A DNA stretch of 64,000 nt. Source: Octopus vulgaris (lineage: Eukaryota). Positions within the stretch are counted from its first letter, which is position 1, and every line of letters starts with the position of its first letter. Location of the stretch: assembly GCA_951406725.2 (NCBI GenBank), contig OX597815.1, forward strand, positions 39,246,001 to 39,310,000. The letters run 5' to 3'. The position numbers and the translations under genes were made by a program. The notes under the pieces were generated by a model. That model was not told the origin of the DNA and searched no databases. It worked only from the letters and a program-made list of their open reading frames with translations. This document shows positions 50,720 to 64,000 of the stretch, piece by piece.

Positions 50720-51714
50720 CATCATCATCATTATCATCATCATCATCACTCAGTCCATTCTATGATTAACCAGCTTTTGTTTCTGTTTTACAAGCAACCA
50801 TTGCTTTCCTGCACTCATTGTTCCTTCAAGCTACTCATTATTGACATTCATCAGTCTCTCTTACTAATGACCACCTTTGGCTTTTCACTACTCTTTTCCT
50901 TAGCAACAACATATAGTTATCATCATTACTCCCTGCCATTACTATCTCCCTCTGCTTCCTTTGCATTCACATCAAGTTCATCTTTTGTCATTGCCCTCTT
51001 CTATTCACTTTTTTAGTCTTTTGCCTCAAATGAACCAAGATGGTGGTAGAATTGTGAGGACGTTTTTTGTCTTGCAAGAAACAAAATAACATAAATTCTG
51101 GTGCAACAATAAAATACACCCAGCACACACTGTAAAATATTTGCGTAGGGTACAGAGATAACATGGGATTAAGAGGACTTGTAAGTCATGTCACAGAGAT
51201 GACAAGCTATCTACTTTTTATTGCTATGATAAAATGCAGTACAATCTGGTTGGTGTCAAGAAGGACGTTTAGGTGCAGAAGCCATGATGAAATGGAATGT
51301 ACCAGCAAGACCTGGTCCTCTAACATATTTAGGACAGTAGTAACTTCAAATAAGGACAGACTCAAGCTATGACAATCCATCCAACCCATACCAGCATGGA
51401 AAACAGACAAAATGTATATTTGTTTGTGAGATTGTGGTTGTGTCTCTTAGTTTTACAGAAATGGTCACTTTCTTGAACTTGAGTTTGAGCAGATTCTACC
51501 AGAAATATAAAAGTATGCACTATACTACAATAGATAATCTCCAAAGGCATAATGGGCAAGCACTTGACAATTGACGATTCTTTGTCAATCAGAGTGCTTG
51601 TAAACAGTGGTCAAGGTTATATTATGTTGACAGTTTGTAAGTTATCCTTATACCCCTTGTTGTTTGCTTCACTTCTTTATAGTTTTTCTTCTTTTGAATT
51701 CATTTTTCTTCAAG

Positions 51715-51854
51715 AATTTTGTACTCCTTGGCCTGAAGCTTTAAGTACTGACAGCCTATGTGAGCAGCATTTTCCAGTAGAAGTAATCTCATCTGATTAT
51801 TGCTTTTCGGGTCCTACTGTTAGAGATGCTAGGGCCCGAGTAGTGACCTTTAAG
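51715..51854 (+). CDS. MRPS35: MRPS35 exon 5
   Basis: (K)FCTPWPEALSTDSLCEQHFPVEVISSDYCFSGPTVRDARARVVTFK; acceptor ttcttcaag, donor AAG|GTAAGA. Confidence 0.97.
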
Positions 51855-53230
51855 GTAAGAATTTCAGTTTTATATAGTAGTTTTTTTTTCATTAACATAA
51901 CATCATTTTCCACTTCAATATATGCAAGCAGTAAGTTCTAATAAATTCAGTTTAAATTTTGGCTTTGAGTTACTTCAACTTAGCTGCTTACTCTCAATGA
52001 AAATTTTGATTGGTTTAAGAGTAGTTTCTCATATTTGTATGCATTAGATCTATTGTTGTAAAGTATTGAGCTGGTAAGCTTCTTAACGAATCAGGTCAAT
52101 AACCTGATTTTCCCATTTGTAACTATTTCTCTTCATTTAAACCATATCACAATAAAATCCAGCACTATATTTCTACCTATTAAAGCTACTGAAACACTTC
52201 ATCAGAATCGTATGGAACAAAGTTGTCTAAAAATTCTGCACAATGTAGTTTGATTATATATTGTCTAGATTTTTTATTCTCTTCTACTTTGATTCAATAG
52301 CTTTCTCATCTTCTTTCCTATGTTGATACTACATCCACAACCCATTGATTTGTCTGTCTATACACTCCAATGTTGAAACCACTGAACTTAGTTTAAATAT
52401 TATCTTTGTCTTCCTTTGATTTTAACCCCAAATAACTAGGTTCAGTTCTCAACCTGAATATATGCTACATATTAACCTCAATCAAGTGGATTTGTTATCA
52501 GAAGTATTCCAGCCATGACCATCCTGGTTTTTAAGGATATTTAAGACAACATTATCTAATGTGTTCTTTCTTTATCTAAGACAGTAGGATGTGATGTGAA
52601 GGAGATTTGGCCTCTATTTCAAACAAGTTTGACACTTGTATTTCTGTCATATTCTTGAGACAATCTTGAGCTGTAATATGGTGGCAACTTTTCTACTGCT
52701 CTCTAGCTAAGGTACATAACTCTAACTGACAAAATGTTTGACTTATGCTACACAGTTACAGAAAGATGTCCAGATGGAAAATAAATAGATGTGGACTACC
52801 GACGATATAGTTATGAACTCAAGCTTTTGTAGAATATGTTATTTTGATTGCCTCTGTCTATTTGGATGAAAAATATGATCTACATCCATTTAATAGTTGC
52901 ATTGTTATCAGTGGCCAAGAATATGTTGACACTAGAAACAAGTGTTGCTGCTGTTTAGCATCAGATTAGCTCTGGTAAAGAAGATTTCTGATCAGAGATA
53001 TACCATTTTTGGATGTCAGAGAAAGGTTTCATTGACTTGTAATGCTGTGTTCAAATTATGATATGGGCCTGGAAATGGGAAACCATATCAGTGTATTATT
53101 ATTGCCAGGATCAATATGGGTACAATTTCATCACATTAGTTTGGTAGCCTGTTTAACAAAGAACAAGTGTTGCATGTGATTTTTACCCTAGTTTCTTCAT
53201 GTAGTATTTCTGTTTGTTTTCTCTCTCCAG

Positions 53231-53340
53231 TTGAATATATCAAGCCTTAATCTTGACCATCATGCTAAAGATAAAATGGTGCGACTTTTAAAAGATCGGT
53301 ACAATGAAACTACTGGTGAAATCACTCTCAAAACAGATCG
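53231..53340 (+). CDS. MRPS35: MRPS35 exon 6
   Basis: ctctctccag acceptor; LNISSLNLDHHAKDKMVRLLKDRYNETTGEITLKTD(R); donor CG|GTAAGT, phase 2. Confidence 0.97.
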
Positions 53341-53521
53341 GTAAGTTCTTTTTGTTCTCTTATATGCACATATGCATTGAAATTTTCAAGTTAATCTTAT
53401 AATTAATCATTTTATCTGAAAAAACTAGTGTTAAATGATACTTCAGAAAACAACTGTGTACATCTATAACACCTTTTCCATTTATTTATTTATAACATAT
53501 CCTTGAGGTTTTCTTACTTGG

Positions 53522-55390
53522 AGACGCCATTATGAAAAGTTGCTAAATGAAGAGAATGAATGGGAGAAAGAGTCGGCCAAATGTCAACCCAACAGAGGGA
53601 CCCGTTATCTGAATTAACAGTACCTTGGTATATAAAGCAATTAAGGGTGTGAAGACAGGGAAAGCCCCTGGCACATCAGGAATCACTACTGAGATGCTTA
53701 AAATATCTGGTGGTGTAGGCTGTAGTCAGGTCACCTGTATAGTTAATCAGGTGATACTCAGAGGAGTCATACCCAATGACTGATGTAGCAGCACCATAGT
53801 CAACTGCTACAAAAGTAAAGGTGATACCTTAGGTAGAAATAATTACGGAGGTATCAAATTGTTGGATCAGGTGATGAAATTAGAGGGTCATAGCCCAACT
53901 AATTAGGGTGAGAGTTAGTTTAGATGAGATGCAGTTTGGGTTTGTGCCTGGGAGAAGTACCACTGATGCTATATTTCTGATAATGATTCTGGGTAGAAGC
54001 AGGGGTTCACCATGGTGCAGTCCTCAGCCCCCTCTTTTTCATATAGGCAATAACAGGAATTCAAAACAGGTTGCCCCTGGGAGCTCCTCTATGCTGATGA
54101 CCTTGCTTTAATAGCTGTGTCTCTACCAGAACTAGAGAAGAAGGTTCAGGTGTGAAAGCAAGGTCTAGAATCGAAGGACTTTAAAGTCAACCTAGCAAAA
54201 ACCAAAGTCTTAGTAAGTAGGAAGGCAGACAAATCACAAATCCCTTCAGGTAAATAGCCCTGCTCAATCTGTAGAAAAGATGTAGGTAGAATATCTATAA
54301 AAGGTGTTGCAATATCAAAGGAAGGTAAACTGGGAAGATAGTTTTTGTGTGTGGTAGATGTACAGGTGCAATAAACACAGCCAGTGGGAAATACTAGTAG
54401 TTGATAGCTTCCATTGCCTAGGTGACCAAGTCAGTAGTGAGGGTGGATGCTCCAAGAGCATAGCTGCTAGAATAAGATTAGCCTGGACAAAGTTCAGAGA
54501 GCTCTTACCTCTGCCAGTAACAATGGGCTACTCACTCAGAGTGAAAGGTAGACTGTATGATGCCTGTGTACAAACAACCATGCTACACAGTAGTGAAACA
54601 TGGGCTGTGACTGCTGAGGACATGTGTTGGCTTGAAAGAAATGAAGCCAATATACTCCACTGGATATGTAATGTCAGTGTGCATACATGACAGTGTATAA
54701 GTGCCCTGAGAGAAAAGTGGACATAAGAAGCATCAGTTGTGGTATGCAAGAGAAAGAACTGCGCTGGTATTGTCATGTAATGCATATGGATGAGGACAGC
54801 TGTGTAAAGAAGTGTTACACCCTAACAGTGGAGGGAACCTGTGGAAGAAGTAGACCCAGGAAGACATGGGATGAGGTGGTGAAACATGACCTTCAAACAT
54901 TGGGCCTCACAGAGGCAATGACTAGTGACTGAAAGCTTTGGAGATGGAGATATGCTGTGCTTGAGAAGATTCAGCAAGCCAAGTGAGATCATAGTCACGG
55001 CCAATGCCAGTGTGGCATAACTGGCCCATTTAAAAACACCTTTCAATCATTGGGCAATATGCCATGCTTGTGAAGACCTGTTGAACCGAATGAAATCATA
55101 GTCATGGTCGATGCCAGTGCTGCATGACTGGCATCCATGTCAGTGGCACGTACAAAGCACCATTCGAGCGTGGCCGATGCCAGTTCTGCCTGACTGGCTC
55201 CTATGCCGGTGGTACATAAAAGCACCCACTACACTCTCGTGGTTGGTGTTAGGAAGGGCATCCAGCTGTAGAAACCTTGCCAAATCAGATTGGAGTCTGG
55301 TGCAGCCTCCTGGTTTGCCATTTCTCAATAAAACCATCCAACTCATGCTAGATGCCAGCATGGAACGTGGACGTTAAATGATGATGGTGA

Positions 55391-55395
<5 letters not shown>
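53522..55395 (+). mobile_element. RTE-clade LINE, 5'-truncated, with RT, C-terminus, 3'UTR and (ATG)n tail
   Basis: Fragments KTGKAPG, NYGGIKLL, MQFGFVPGRSTTDAIF, PWELLYADDL, RVKGRLYDACV..MLHSSETW, LRWYCHV, GRSRPRKTWDEVVK; many frameshifts and stops; tail ggacgttaaatgatgatg. Confidence 0.93.
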
Positions 55396-55422
<27 letters not shown>

Positions 55423-56943
55423 CAGAGTAGCCATCTATCACCTGAATTGCGAGACACTTGTGCCTATCCCTCTGTCACACTTTGACCTTTCAGCACAAAG
55501 CCACCTCCTTCCCTACAACTCGACTCAGTTGACATGGGTTTTACTTTGTCTTCCAACATAAATTGGCAACCTCACTAATACTAGCATCATTACAAGAGAA
55601 AATACCCAGTACATTCTGTAAAGTGCTTGGCCTTAGGAAAGCTATCCATCCATCAAAATCACACCTATATAGGCATTGGAGCTCAACACAGCTCTCTGAC
55701 TCATTGGATCCTGTCAAACCATCCAGCCTGTGCCAACATGAAAGATAGACATTAAATGATGATGATGATGATGTCATGTTTTTATAATAACAGACACTTA
55801 AGTCTACTAATTTATAGGAAATCTTTCCCCCTCCCCCAATTTCCTCCACTAAGATGCTTCTTAGAAAGATTTTTTTCTTTTTATTTACTTTGGTTTTTAA
55901 ACACACTGTTTGGCCCTAGAAGAAACTGTATTCAAAATTTTAGTATACCTGACAATGAAAACAAATAATTTCCTCTACTGTATAAAGTTCAAAGAAATCT
56001 CTAGTGAAGGAAATCTCTACTCGGTTGATGATATTTGACTTTTTAAATTTCTTATTGATACCAGAAAGAACTGGATAGAAAAATGGTACTGTGGTAAAAT
56101 CAAACCTTTTGTAACTGAAAATATTTTAAAACCTGAATAATGACTTATTTCATTTATGTATTGTTTTAAGTTACTAAACATGATATCTATTTTTGACATA
56201 ACATTCACACTTTAAAACAGTGCCCTAATAGTGACATGGCTTTCATTTAATATCACCAGTTAAAATACAATTTTTGAGGCAGTTAAGTCATAGAATTCCT
56301 TGTGTGTTTGCATGCATGCATGCATCTTTGACTTTGTCTCTTACAACTGCTTGGGAACTGGTGTTGGCTTGTTTATGGTTCCAGTGCTTAAGGAACTGAT
56401 AGAATAAGTACTTGGCTTAAAAAAATAAGTATTGGGGTCAATTTGTTTGACTAAAGCCCTTCAAGGCAGTGCCCCAGTATGGCCACTGTCCAATGACTGA
56501 AACAGGTAAAAGATGATACACTCATTCATAAGTTCCTCATCAGTTTAGTGTGTCCATTTTCCCATGCTTCCATGGGTCACATGGAAGTTATTGAAGCAGA
56601 TTTTCTGTGGCCCGATGCCCTTCCTTTTGCCAAGCCTCACTTGTTTACATGAAATTATAGGAAATAAATGGCATTGCTTGTATGATGGTGACACTCATTT
56701 AAAACTTATGTAATGTTAGGATGATGAGGCATAGGGCTAAAGTAGAAGATACTTGCCCAAGGTGTGGCACAGTGGGACTGAACACAAAACTGTGTGGTTG
56801 CAATGTGAACTTCTTAACTACACAGCTATCCCTATGCTTATTGACATGCCATCTGAGCTCAGTAAATTAACTTAAATGATTCTGTAAATACTAAAAATGA
56901 TCTCTGGCTGTCACTTTTCTTTTTAATATCTTGAAAGAATATA

Positions 56944-57321
56944 CAGGAGTGGCTGTGTAGTAAGTAGCTTGCTAACCAACCACATGGTTCCGGGTTCAGT
57001 CCCACTGCGTGGCATCTTGGGCAAGTGTCTTCTGCTATAGTCCCTGCCGACCAATGCCTTGTGAGTGGATTTGGTAGACGGAAACTGAAAGAAGCCCGTC
57101 ATATATATGTATTTGTGTGTTTGTGTGTCTGTATTTGTCCCTCTAGCATTGCTTGACAACTGATGCTGGTGTATTTACATCCCCGTCACTTAGCGGTTTG
57201 GCAAAAAGAGACCGATAGAATAAGTACTGGGCTTACAAAGAATAAGGCACGGGGTCGATTTGCTCGACTAAAGGTGGTGCTCCAGCATGGCTGCAGTCAA
57301 ATGACTGAAACAAGTAAAAGA
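56944..57321 (+). mobile_element. SINE family A
   Basis: Same consensus. Older or partial copies also at ~25320-25470(+), 40492-40665(+), 49203-49563(+), 56330-56515(+) and 59527-59890(-). Confidence 0.9.
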
Positions 57322-60111
57322 AGAACAAAAAAATACTACTTCTGGTCAACTGTTATGTTAGTTGTAAAGAATAAAACTGGAGTTGAATATACTGTAAGTG
57401 ATTGGGATCTAGTTTGTATACATTTTGGAAAGCAATCTTATATTTAAAATGAACAATTTGCTTTGCTTTCTGGCATCATGCCAACAAAAGTAATCTCCAG
57501 GAAAGATTTTTTTTTAGTCTAGACATTATCATGATGCAAAAAGTGTTCGATCCTCGTGGCATTTTGCCAGATGTTTATCTTCATCATCTATCGCTACATC
57601 TGTAATTGTATCTTTACTCAGTGAACTAGCAGCACTGTAAAACTGTGCTATCAAGAGTAGACAGACAGCTACGTAGGAAGATAAACTGTGGGAGGTAATA
57701 TTTGATGAATAAGTTAGTGATCCAATACCCATTTGTATCTAAAGCTATTTACTTGTGAGGCCTCTTATAATTAGTTACAGATGGTTTTACATTAGTAACA
57801 GAAAAGATGTTTATTTTTTACAGTTGTTTTTGTTGCCTTTTCTTTTCTTTTAAAGTAAAACTTGAGTAAAATGCTAAAATCTTTTTTAAATGACCATATC
57901 AATAATACACTATACTGTTGTAATTTAAAAGAAATGATTATCATCTTGTTGTTTTATCCAATCTTTCCTTACCAGAACTTACAGAACTGCAGCTCTCTGA
58001 AGCACTTAGATATTCAAGCTTTCCTTTCAGCAATTTGAACAGCTCATTACCTGCACTAAACTTACACTGTTAAGACAGCCTGAATATATTTTAAGCTCTG
58101 TCTTTCTTTGCATAATACATTTTTTTTTTTTTTTTTTTTTTGTAAAATAAAGAAAAGCTGAGTTCAGTTTACATAGTTCAGTAATGTCTTTGATTAAATT
58201 TGAAGAAAAACTAGAAGCTGTTGTTTCTATTTTATTCAGAAATATAAGAGTTGATAAAGGATATAAACAGTCACAAATTTAATAAGCTCTGTTTAAAACC
58301 ACAAATAGTTTGACAGTAAAGTTTTGGTGTTGAGCTAAGGACTATAAGATGACAAAGTCAAACTTTGTTATAGTCATTCTCATTTGTTATTCATTTAATG
58401 TCCTATTTTCAATGCTAGCCTAGGTTGACTGAAAATGTTTTATTGAGGTTTTATTTTACAGCCAAATGGTTTTCTTGTTGCTAATCTTTACTTGTTTTTC
58501 CAGTGAAAGATTTTATTCTGCTTATCTTTGAAAGTCACTGAGCTATAAGGGCAATTTCTTGACAGAGAATTGTCAACGTAACAATACTGTTTTTTGTTGA
58601 GTGAATCTATGCAAAGATATCTCAGAATGTATACAGTTATACACACAAATGCATGCATGTATATGTGATGGGCTTCCATACAGTTTCCATCTATCAATTT
58701 CACTCATAAGGCATAAATTTGTCTGGGGCTATATAAGACAACACTTATTGTGTCAAGTACATCAACAGAATAAAAATCGAATGGATATTGTACCTGTGAT
58801 ACCTGTGCCGGTGGCACATTGGGCCTCACAGGAAATGCCAAAGACTGAGACCTCTGAGATATGCTGTGACTGTGAAGACCCGACAAATGAAGTAAGTTCA
58901 TGGCTCGCAGGACGGCCTGCTGTGCTAACCTTGGATTGTAGAGTAACCCGCTGTTCTTGAGGAGACCTATTGAGTCAAGTACGTCAACATCAAAATAAAA
59001 ATCAAATGGAAATTGTAGTTACAATACCCGTGCCAGTGGCACATAAAAAGCACTATCCGAATGTGGCTGATGCCAGCACCGCCTGACTGGCATCCGTGTT
59101 GGTGACACGTAAAAAGCACCAACCAATCGTGGCCGTTTGCCTGCCTCCTCTGGCCCCTGTGCCGATGGCACATTAAAAAGCACCCGCTACACTCATGGAG
59201 TGGTTGGCGTTAGGAAGAGCATCCAGCTGTAGAAACACTGCCAGATCAGACTGGAGCCTGGCGCAGCCTCCTGGCTTCCCAGACCCTGGTCAAACCGTCC
59301 AATCCATGCTAGCATAGAAAACGGATGTTAAACAATGATGATGATTATTCAACATACCACACAGTGAAACTGAACCTGAGACAACATAGTTGCAAAGCCA
59401 ACCTCTGAAGTACACAGCTGCAAATAGTTTCTATTCTTCATTTCAAAGCTGAATGATCGACAGTGAGGGTGTTCAACAATAAGACACTTGCTTTAATTTA
59501 CATGTAAATTAGGGTGTGTGTGTCATTTACTTGTTTCATTCATTGGCTTGTGGTCATGCTGGAGCACCACCCTGAAAGGTTTAGTCAAATAAATCGACCC
59601 CAGTACTTATTTTTTCTTAAAGTATGCCAAACTGCTATGTTATGAGGATGTAAACAAACCAATACCTGTTATTAAACATTGGCTGCAGGAACAGATACAA
59701 AATCACACACACACACTCATATATAGTTATATAACCAGCTTCTTTCATCTTCCGTCTATCAAATCCATGCACAAGTTTAGTTGGCCTGGAGCTATAGTAA
59801 AAGATACTTGCTCAAGGTTTCATACTGTAGGACTGGACTCAAAACCATGTAGCTGAGAAGCAAACTCCTTATTGCACAGCCATACCTGTGATGTGTGTGT
59901 GTGCATGTATATATATATATATATACACATACATGTGTGTGTGTGTGTATACTCGTGTGTGTATGAATATAAATACATAGTGATTATTATACTATAACTT
60001 AACTGAAAACCTTTTTCAAGGCTCATTTCTCTTCATAATGAATGTAAATGTGGAAATTTGATAGAGAAGATATAGTAGGTAAAACGTAAGCATCAAAGAA
60101 GCCTTATCTGT

Positions 60112-60837
60112 TGTCTTTGCTAAGGCTTTTAACTCTGTGCCACACAAAAGACTTATGGTGAAGCTTTCTTATGGTGTCTTGGCATCACTCACCAAATCCT
60201 TTGTGAGCCGCTCTCCGACTATCTATCTGCGGCTTTTTATAGCTATGGTAAGACCTCACCTGGAATTTGCATCACCAGTCTGGAACCCCTATCTTGCCCA
60301 GGATATCAATTGTCTGGAAGCCGTTCAGCGACATGCAACCAAAAGAATACCCTCCATCAGGCATTTGCCATATCCTGAACGCCTTACTTCCCTGGGCATG
60401 GACACATTGAAACTCCGACGTCTGGCAGCTGACTTGGGAGCCACCCATAAAATTATTAACCATCTTACAAACAATAACTCTGAGCACCTTTTCAAACTCC
60501 ACCCATCTAACACCCGTGGACATATTTACAAAGTCAGAAAACAGCACAGCTCCCATGACTTCAGGAAACATTTTTTCACGCTGAGAGTTGCTGAAGCATG
60601 GAACAAACTGCTGGCATCAGTTGTTAGTTGTCGGAGCACTGCATCCTTCAAAACTTCCATGCTTTCTGAGATTCGCCAACACTACACCTGATTTTCTCCC
60701 CCCATACACACACAAGCATGTATCTGACTCATACATTGTTCGCTTTCCAGACATTTTTACATTACTGCATATATTCTGACAAGTTGTGGTGCACCTGAGC
60801 ACTGTATACAATAATTTCATTATTATTATTATTATTA
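60112..60837 (+). mobile_element. CR1-group LINE 3' fragment with (ATT)n tail
   Basis: ORF 60137..60691: VRPHLEFASPVWNPY...LEAVQRHATK...YPERL..LG...LKLRR...TRGH...FFTLRVAEAWNKL; short 3'UTR ending in attattatt. Confidence 0.92.
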
Positions 60838-61164
60838 TACTTTACCTTTCATCTTTCTATGATCAATAAAACATGTACTAGTTGATTACTGGGACTGATG
60901 TAATCAGCTAGCTCCTCCCCTCAAAACTTAAGGCATTGTGCCCTGTGGCAGAAAGCATTATTAGTTCTCTTGTGTATCTGAAGTTTGTGTCTTTGGCCTT
61001 CCTTGTGTTACTCCTATCAATAATATCACTTAATATCTTCCAAGCATTTTTTTTTTGTATGTGTGTGTGAATGTGAATGTCATGGGTTTAAAACATTTTA
61101 TTATTATTATATTTGTGTTGTCAACCAGTTAAATGATTTCAGTTTTTTTCTTTTTGTACCACAG

Positions 61165-61234
61165 ATGTCCTTTGAAGAAACAGAATTATGACTATCTGGT
61201 TTATGTATTGACTGCATTATATCATGAATCATGT
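61165..61234 (+). CDS. MRPS35: MRPS35 exon 7
   Basis: ccacag acceptor; (R)[23 protein letters not shown]; donor TGT|GTAAGA, phase 0. Confidence 0.95.
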
Positions 61235-61689
61235 GTAAGAAAGACTTTGTAATACAATTCCTTTTTTTAATTCAGTTACTAATTTTAATTTTGTTACATT
61301 CACATAGAAAGAGATCCAAATATAAAATGTAGGGAACTAAATTTTTTTATACTATTGATTATTGATGTTCAAAATAATCGTTACATTCACAGCTGATGAA
61401 ATTACTGGATTGTAAGGTCACTAAATAATTAATCCACTATTTATACCCTGACACTATGTTCATGCTTAGATACTTTATTTTCAAATGATCCAGTCATTAT
61501 AACTGTATGTCAGTACCATAGATAAATCAGCTCAGCAATAGTTTGGTATGTTGAGTTCAAATTAGTTAATCTGCTTTACCTATACTAATATAAAGACTTC
61601 AAATGTTTTAAACACTGATACAAAGCTCCTTCACTGTACAAATATCTTTTGGATCATTTATAATACAGAATATAGAGAAGACATTACTA

Positions 61690-62653
61690 ATGAGTATTTC
61701 CCAACCAAGTTCTTCCAAAAGAGTTTTGGTCAGTCGAGTTGTGTGAGGATGAGCATTATCATGATGGAAGATGACACCCTTTCTGTTAACCAAGGATGCT
61801 CGTTTTTGGCTCAGAACTGTTTTCAAATGACGAAGTTACTCACAGTAAAGATTAGCATTAATTGTTTGGTTGCTATCCAACAGTTCATAATGGATTACTC
61901 CTTTAATATGCCACCATACACTCAACATGATCTTCTTTGGATGAAGTCCTGCTCGGTGGTTGAACTGGCCGTCCTCCTCGGCTGCTTCAAGAACGCTGCC
62001 ATTTAATATTATAGTAAAGAATCCACCTATAACAAGCCTGTCTAAAAATATTGCTTGAAAGTGTTGCGAAAGCAATGATTGACAACAAACAGCAAGCTGT
62101 TGTCAATTCTCTGGAGACAGCTCATGAGGGACCCATTTTCCAGCCACTGAAACCTTTCCAATGTGTTTTAGCTGACATACCATTGTTGTATGGGCCACGT
62201 TTAACTGTTCTACAAGTTCCCTAGTGGTAACAGTACGATTCTCTGAAACAAGAGCTTCCAACATTTCGGAATCAAGTCTTTTTTTGGATGACCCTCTTTT
62301 GGCTCTTCTTTCAAAATGAAATCACAACTTCGGAAACGGGGAAACCACCTCCTGCAACTTCTATCATTCACTACATCACCCCACGAGTGCTCTGAATAGA
62401 TCTTGCTGCTGCACTTGCATTAACACCTTTATGAAACTCGTAGTGTAAAACATTTCTTATGTGATCTTTAGATGGGACAAACATGATGGTAAAATTTTTT
62501 GAGAATTATGGCCAGAAGTTCGATAATCTGAAAGAAAATAGTACAAATTAGACACAGAAATATCTTAAAACCATAAGAGGAGATTAAAAAATTGATAAAT
62601 TTGCTCGGAAACATTTTTTCTAGAAATCAGACATTACTTTTGCACCAACCTGA
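61690..62653 (-). mobile_element. Mariner DNA transposon, decayed and 3'-truncated
   Basis: 5' TIR TA|tcaggttggtgcaaaagtaatgtctgat at 62655..62626; ATG at 62484 (MFVPSKDHIRNVLHYEFHKG); motifs WVPHEL, LHPKKIMLSVWW, HHDNAHPH. Similarity ends after GWEIL, before YSPDLAP; no 3' TIR seen. Confidence 0.92.
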
Positions 62654-62988
62654 TACTATATCTGAAAAAAGACAATGGATGTGGCTGGAAGATGTTTGAT
62701 TAAGCTTAATCTGAACTGGCTTGGGGTTTAACAAAGACATTTTTGTTTATAGAGAAGTTAACATAACATTTATGCAAAATAAAATCAATATATATATAAC
62801 TAACTACAGATAAGATACAAAAACATAATAGATATCAAATTTGAATACTTTCTGTTTGTTGCTTTCAATGGATAAATGAAATTTTAAATTTCTTTTTATT
62901 AGATTTACAGTATCTTCAAACTATGTTTATTTTTTTAACTCTACACTGAAAATTTACAATCAAATATTGACTTGTCTTCTATTAAAAG

Positions 62989-63123
62989 CGAGTGGAGCCT
63001 TGGGAATCTGAGAAAACTGAAGCCGACTGGGAATGTTTTTTCTGGGATAAGAATGTTTCAAGAAAGAATATAGTCCAACTGCTTCAAAGAATTAAAGATA
63101 CTGATAGCAGTAATGGGTCTGAG
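62989..63123 (+). CDS. MRPS35: MRPS35 exon 8 (gene continues beyond the window)
   Basis: RVEPWESEKTEADWECFFWDKNVSRKNIVQLLQRIKDTDSSNGSE resembles MRPS35 E.WE..KTEAD.E...W; acceptor attaaaag, donor GAG|GTAAAC; no stop reached. Confidence 0.92.
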
Positions 63124-63204
63124 GTAAACTACATTTTTGAAATTTCTAGCATGCATTTTGTAATCTGTTTTTAGCTTTTTGTTTTATCTTACTGGTTCAA
63201 CATA

Positions 63205-64000
63205 TCATTATCATCATGTTCATTTTCTATTCTGGCATGAATTGGATGGTTTAACCAGAGCTGGTAAACTAGAGAGCTGCTATGAAAGCAAGGTCATCAA
63301 CATTTGGCAGTTTCCAAGGGCAGCCAGTCTTGAATTCCTCTATTATGGCCTGGAGGACAATGATGAAAAGGAGGGGACTAAGTACCAAGCCCTGATGAAT
63401 GCCTACCTGTACACCAAATTCATCACTGTACTCATAGTTAACTTTCACCTTACTGACAGAGCTTCTGTGCATGGCATGTACAGCTATTACAAGCCACTCA
63501 TCTATCCCTAGCTTCCTCAGAGCCCACCATATCACACATCAGGGTAATCTATCAAAGGCTTTCTTTAGATCAACAAATGCCAAGTATAATGGTTTAATCT
63601 TAGCTAAATACTTCTCTTGCAGTTGCCTTCTCTTGTAGTGCTTCTTCCCCGGACAAAGTCAGAGTACATTTCATCTAGTCTAATTCTGCTCTTAATTAAT
63701 TGTGCTGTAACACTCTTTATAATTTTCATTGTCTAGTATTTGATACCTCTATAATTACTTGTATCCAAGGCCTCTCCCTTACTCTTGTAGCAGCTGACTA
63801 TAATGCTGCTACACCAGTCACTGGGGATTATGTCTTCCTGAATAACCTGATTAACTCTATGGGTGACTAGTCCATATTCTACTCTACCAGATATTTTAAT
63901 TATCTTTGCAGTGACTCCTGATGATTCAGGGACTTTCTCTGTCTTCATATCTTTAATTGTTTATCTATCATAGCACTGTCTACTAGGGTAGCTGGTCCCT
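63205..64000 (-). mobile_element. RTE-clade LINE RT fragment (same family, antisense)
   Basis: KGEALDTSNYRGIK, IWWALRKLGIDEWLV, VGIHQGLVLSPLLF, CPWKLPNVDDL, abruptly followed by a short 3'-tail remnant (catgccagaatagaaaatgaacatgatgat). Confidence 0.9.

Overview
Eukaryotic, AT-rich, repeat-dense genomic DNA; the SINE/LINE repertoire and intron sizes suggest an octopus (coleoid cephalopod), which is an inference. Two genes lie head-to-head about 1.28 kb apart. On the - strand is the first coding exon (11166..10921) of a myosin phosphatase regulatory subunit (PPP1R12/MYPT1 family); its intron 1 appears to run off the left edge. On the + strand are eight frame-consistent GT-AG exons (12449..63123, 313 codons, 3'-incomplete) of mitochondrial ribosomal protein MRPS35. 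The introns contain several tRNA-derived SINE families, RTE and CR1-type LINE fragments, a decayed Tc1 element with both TIRs, a truncated mariner, a TTAA-flanked MITE family and several foldback palindromes. The most unusual signal is a cluster of minimal type I hammerhead-ribozyme motifs in TA-microsatellite-flanked, Penelope-like inserts around MRPS35 exon 3. Two carry compensatory variants of the core 3-8 pair (G3-C8 and U3-A8), and a third is degenerate. Most ORFs in the supplied track are spurious translations of repeats. All alignments were done by eye, and repeat boundaries are approximate.
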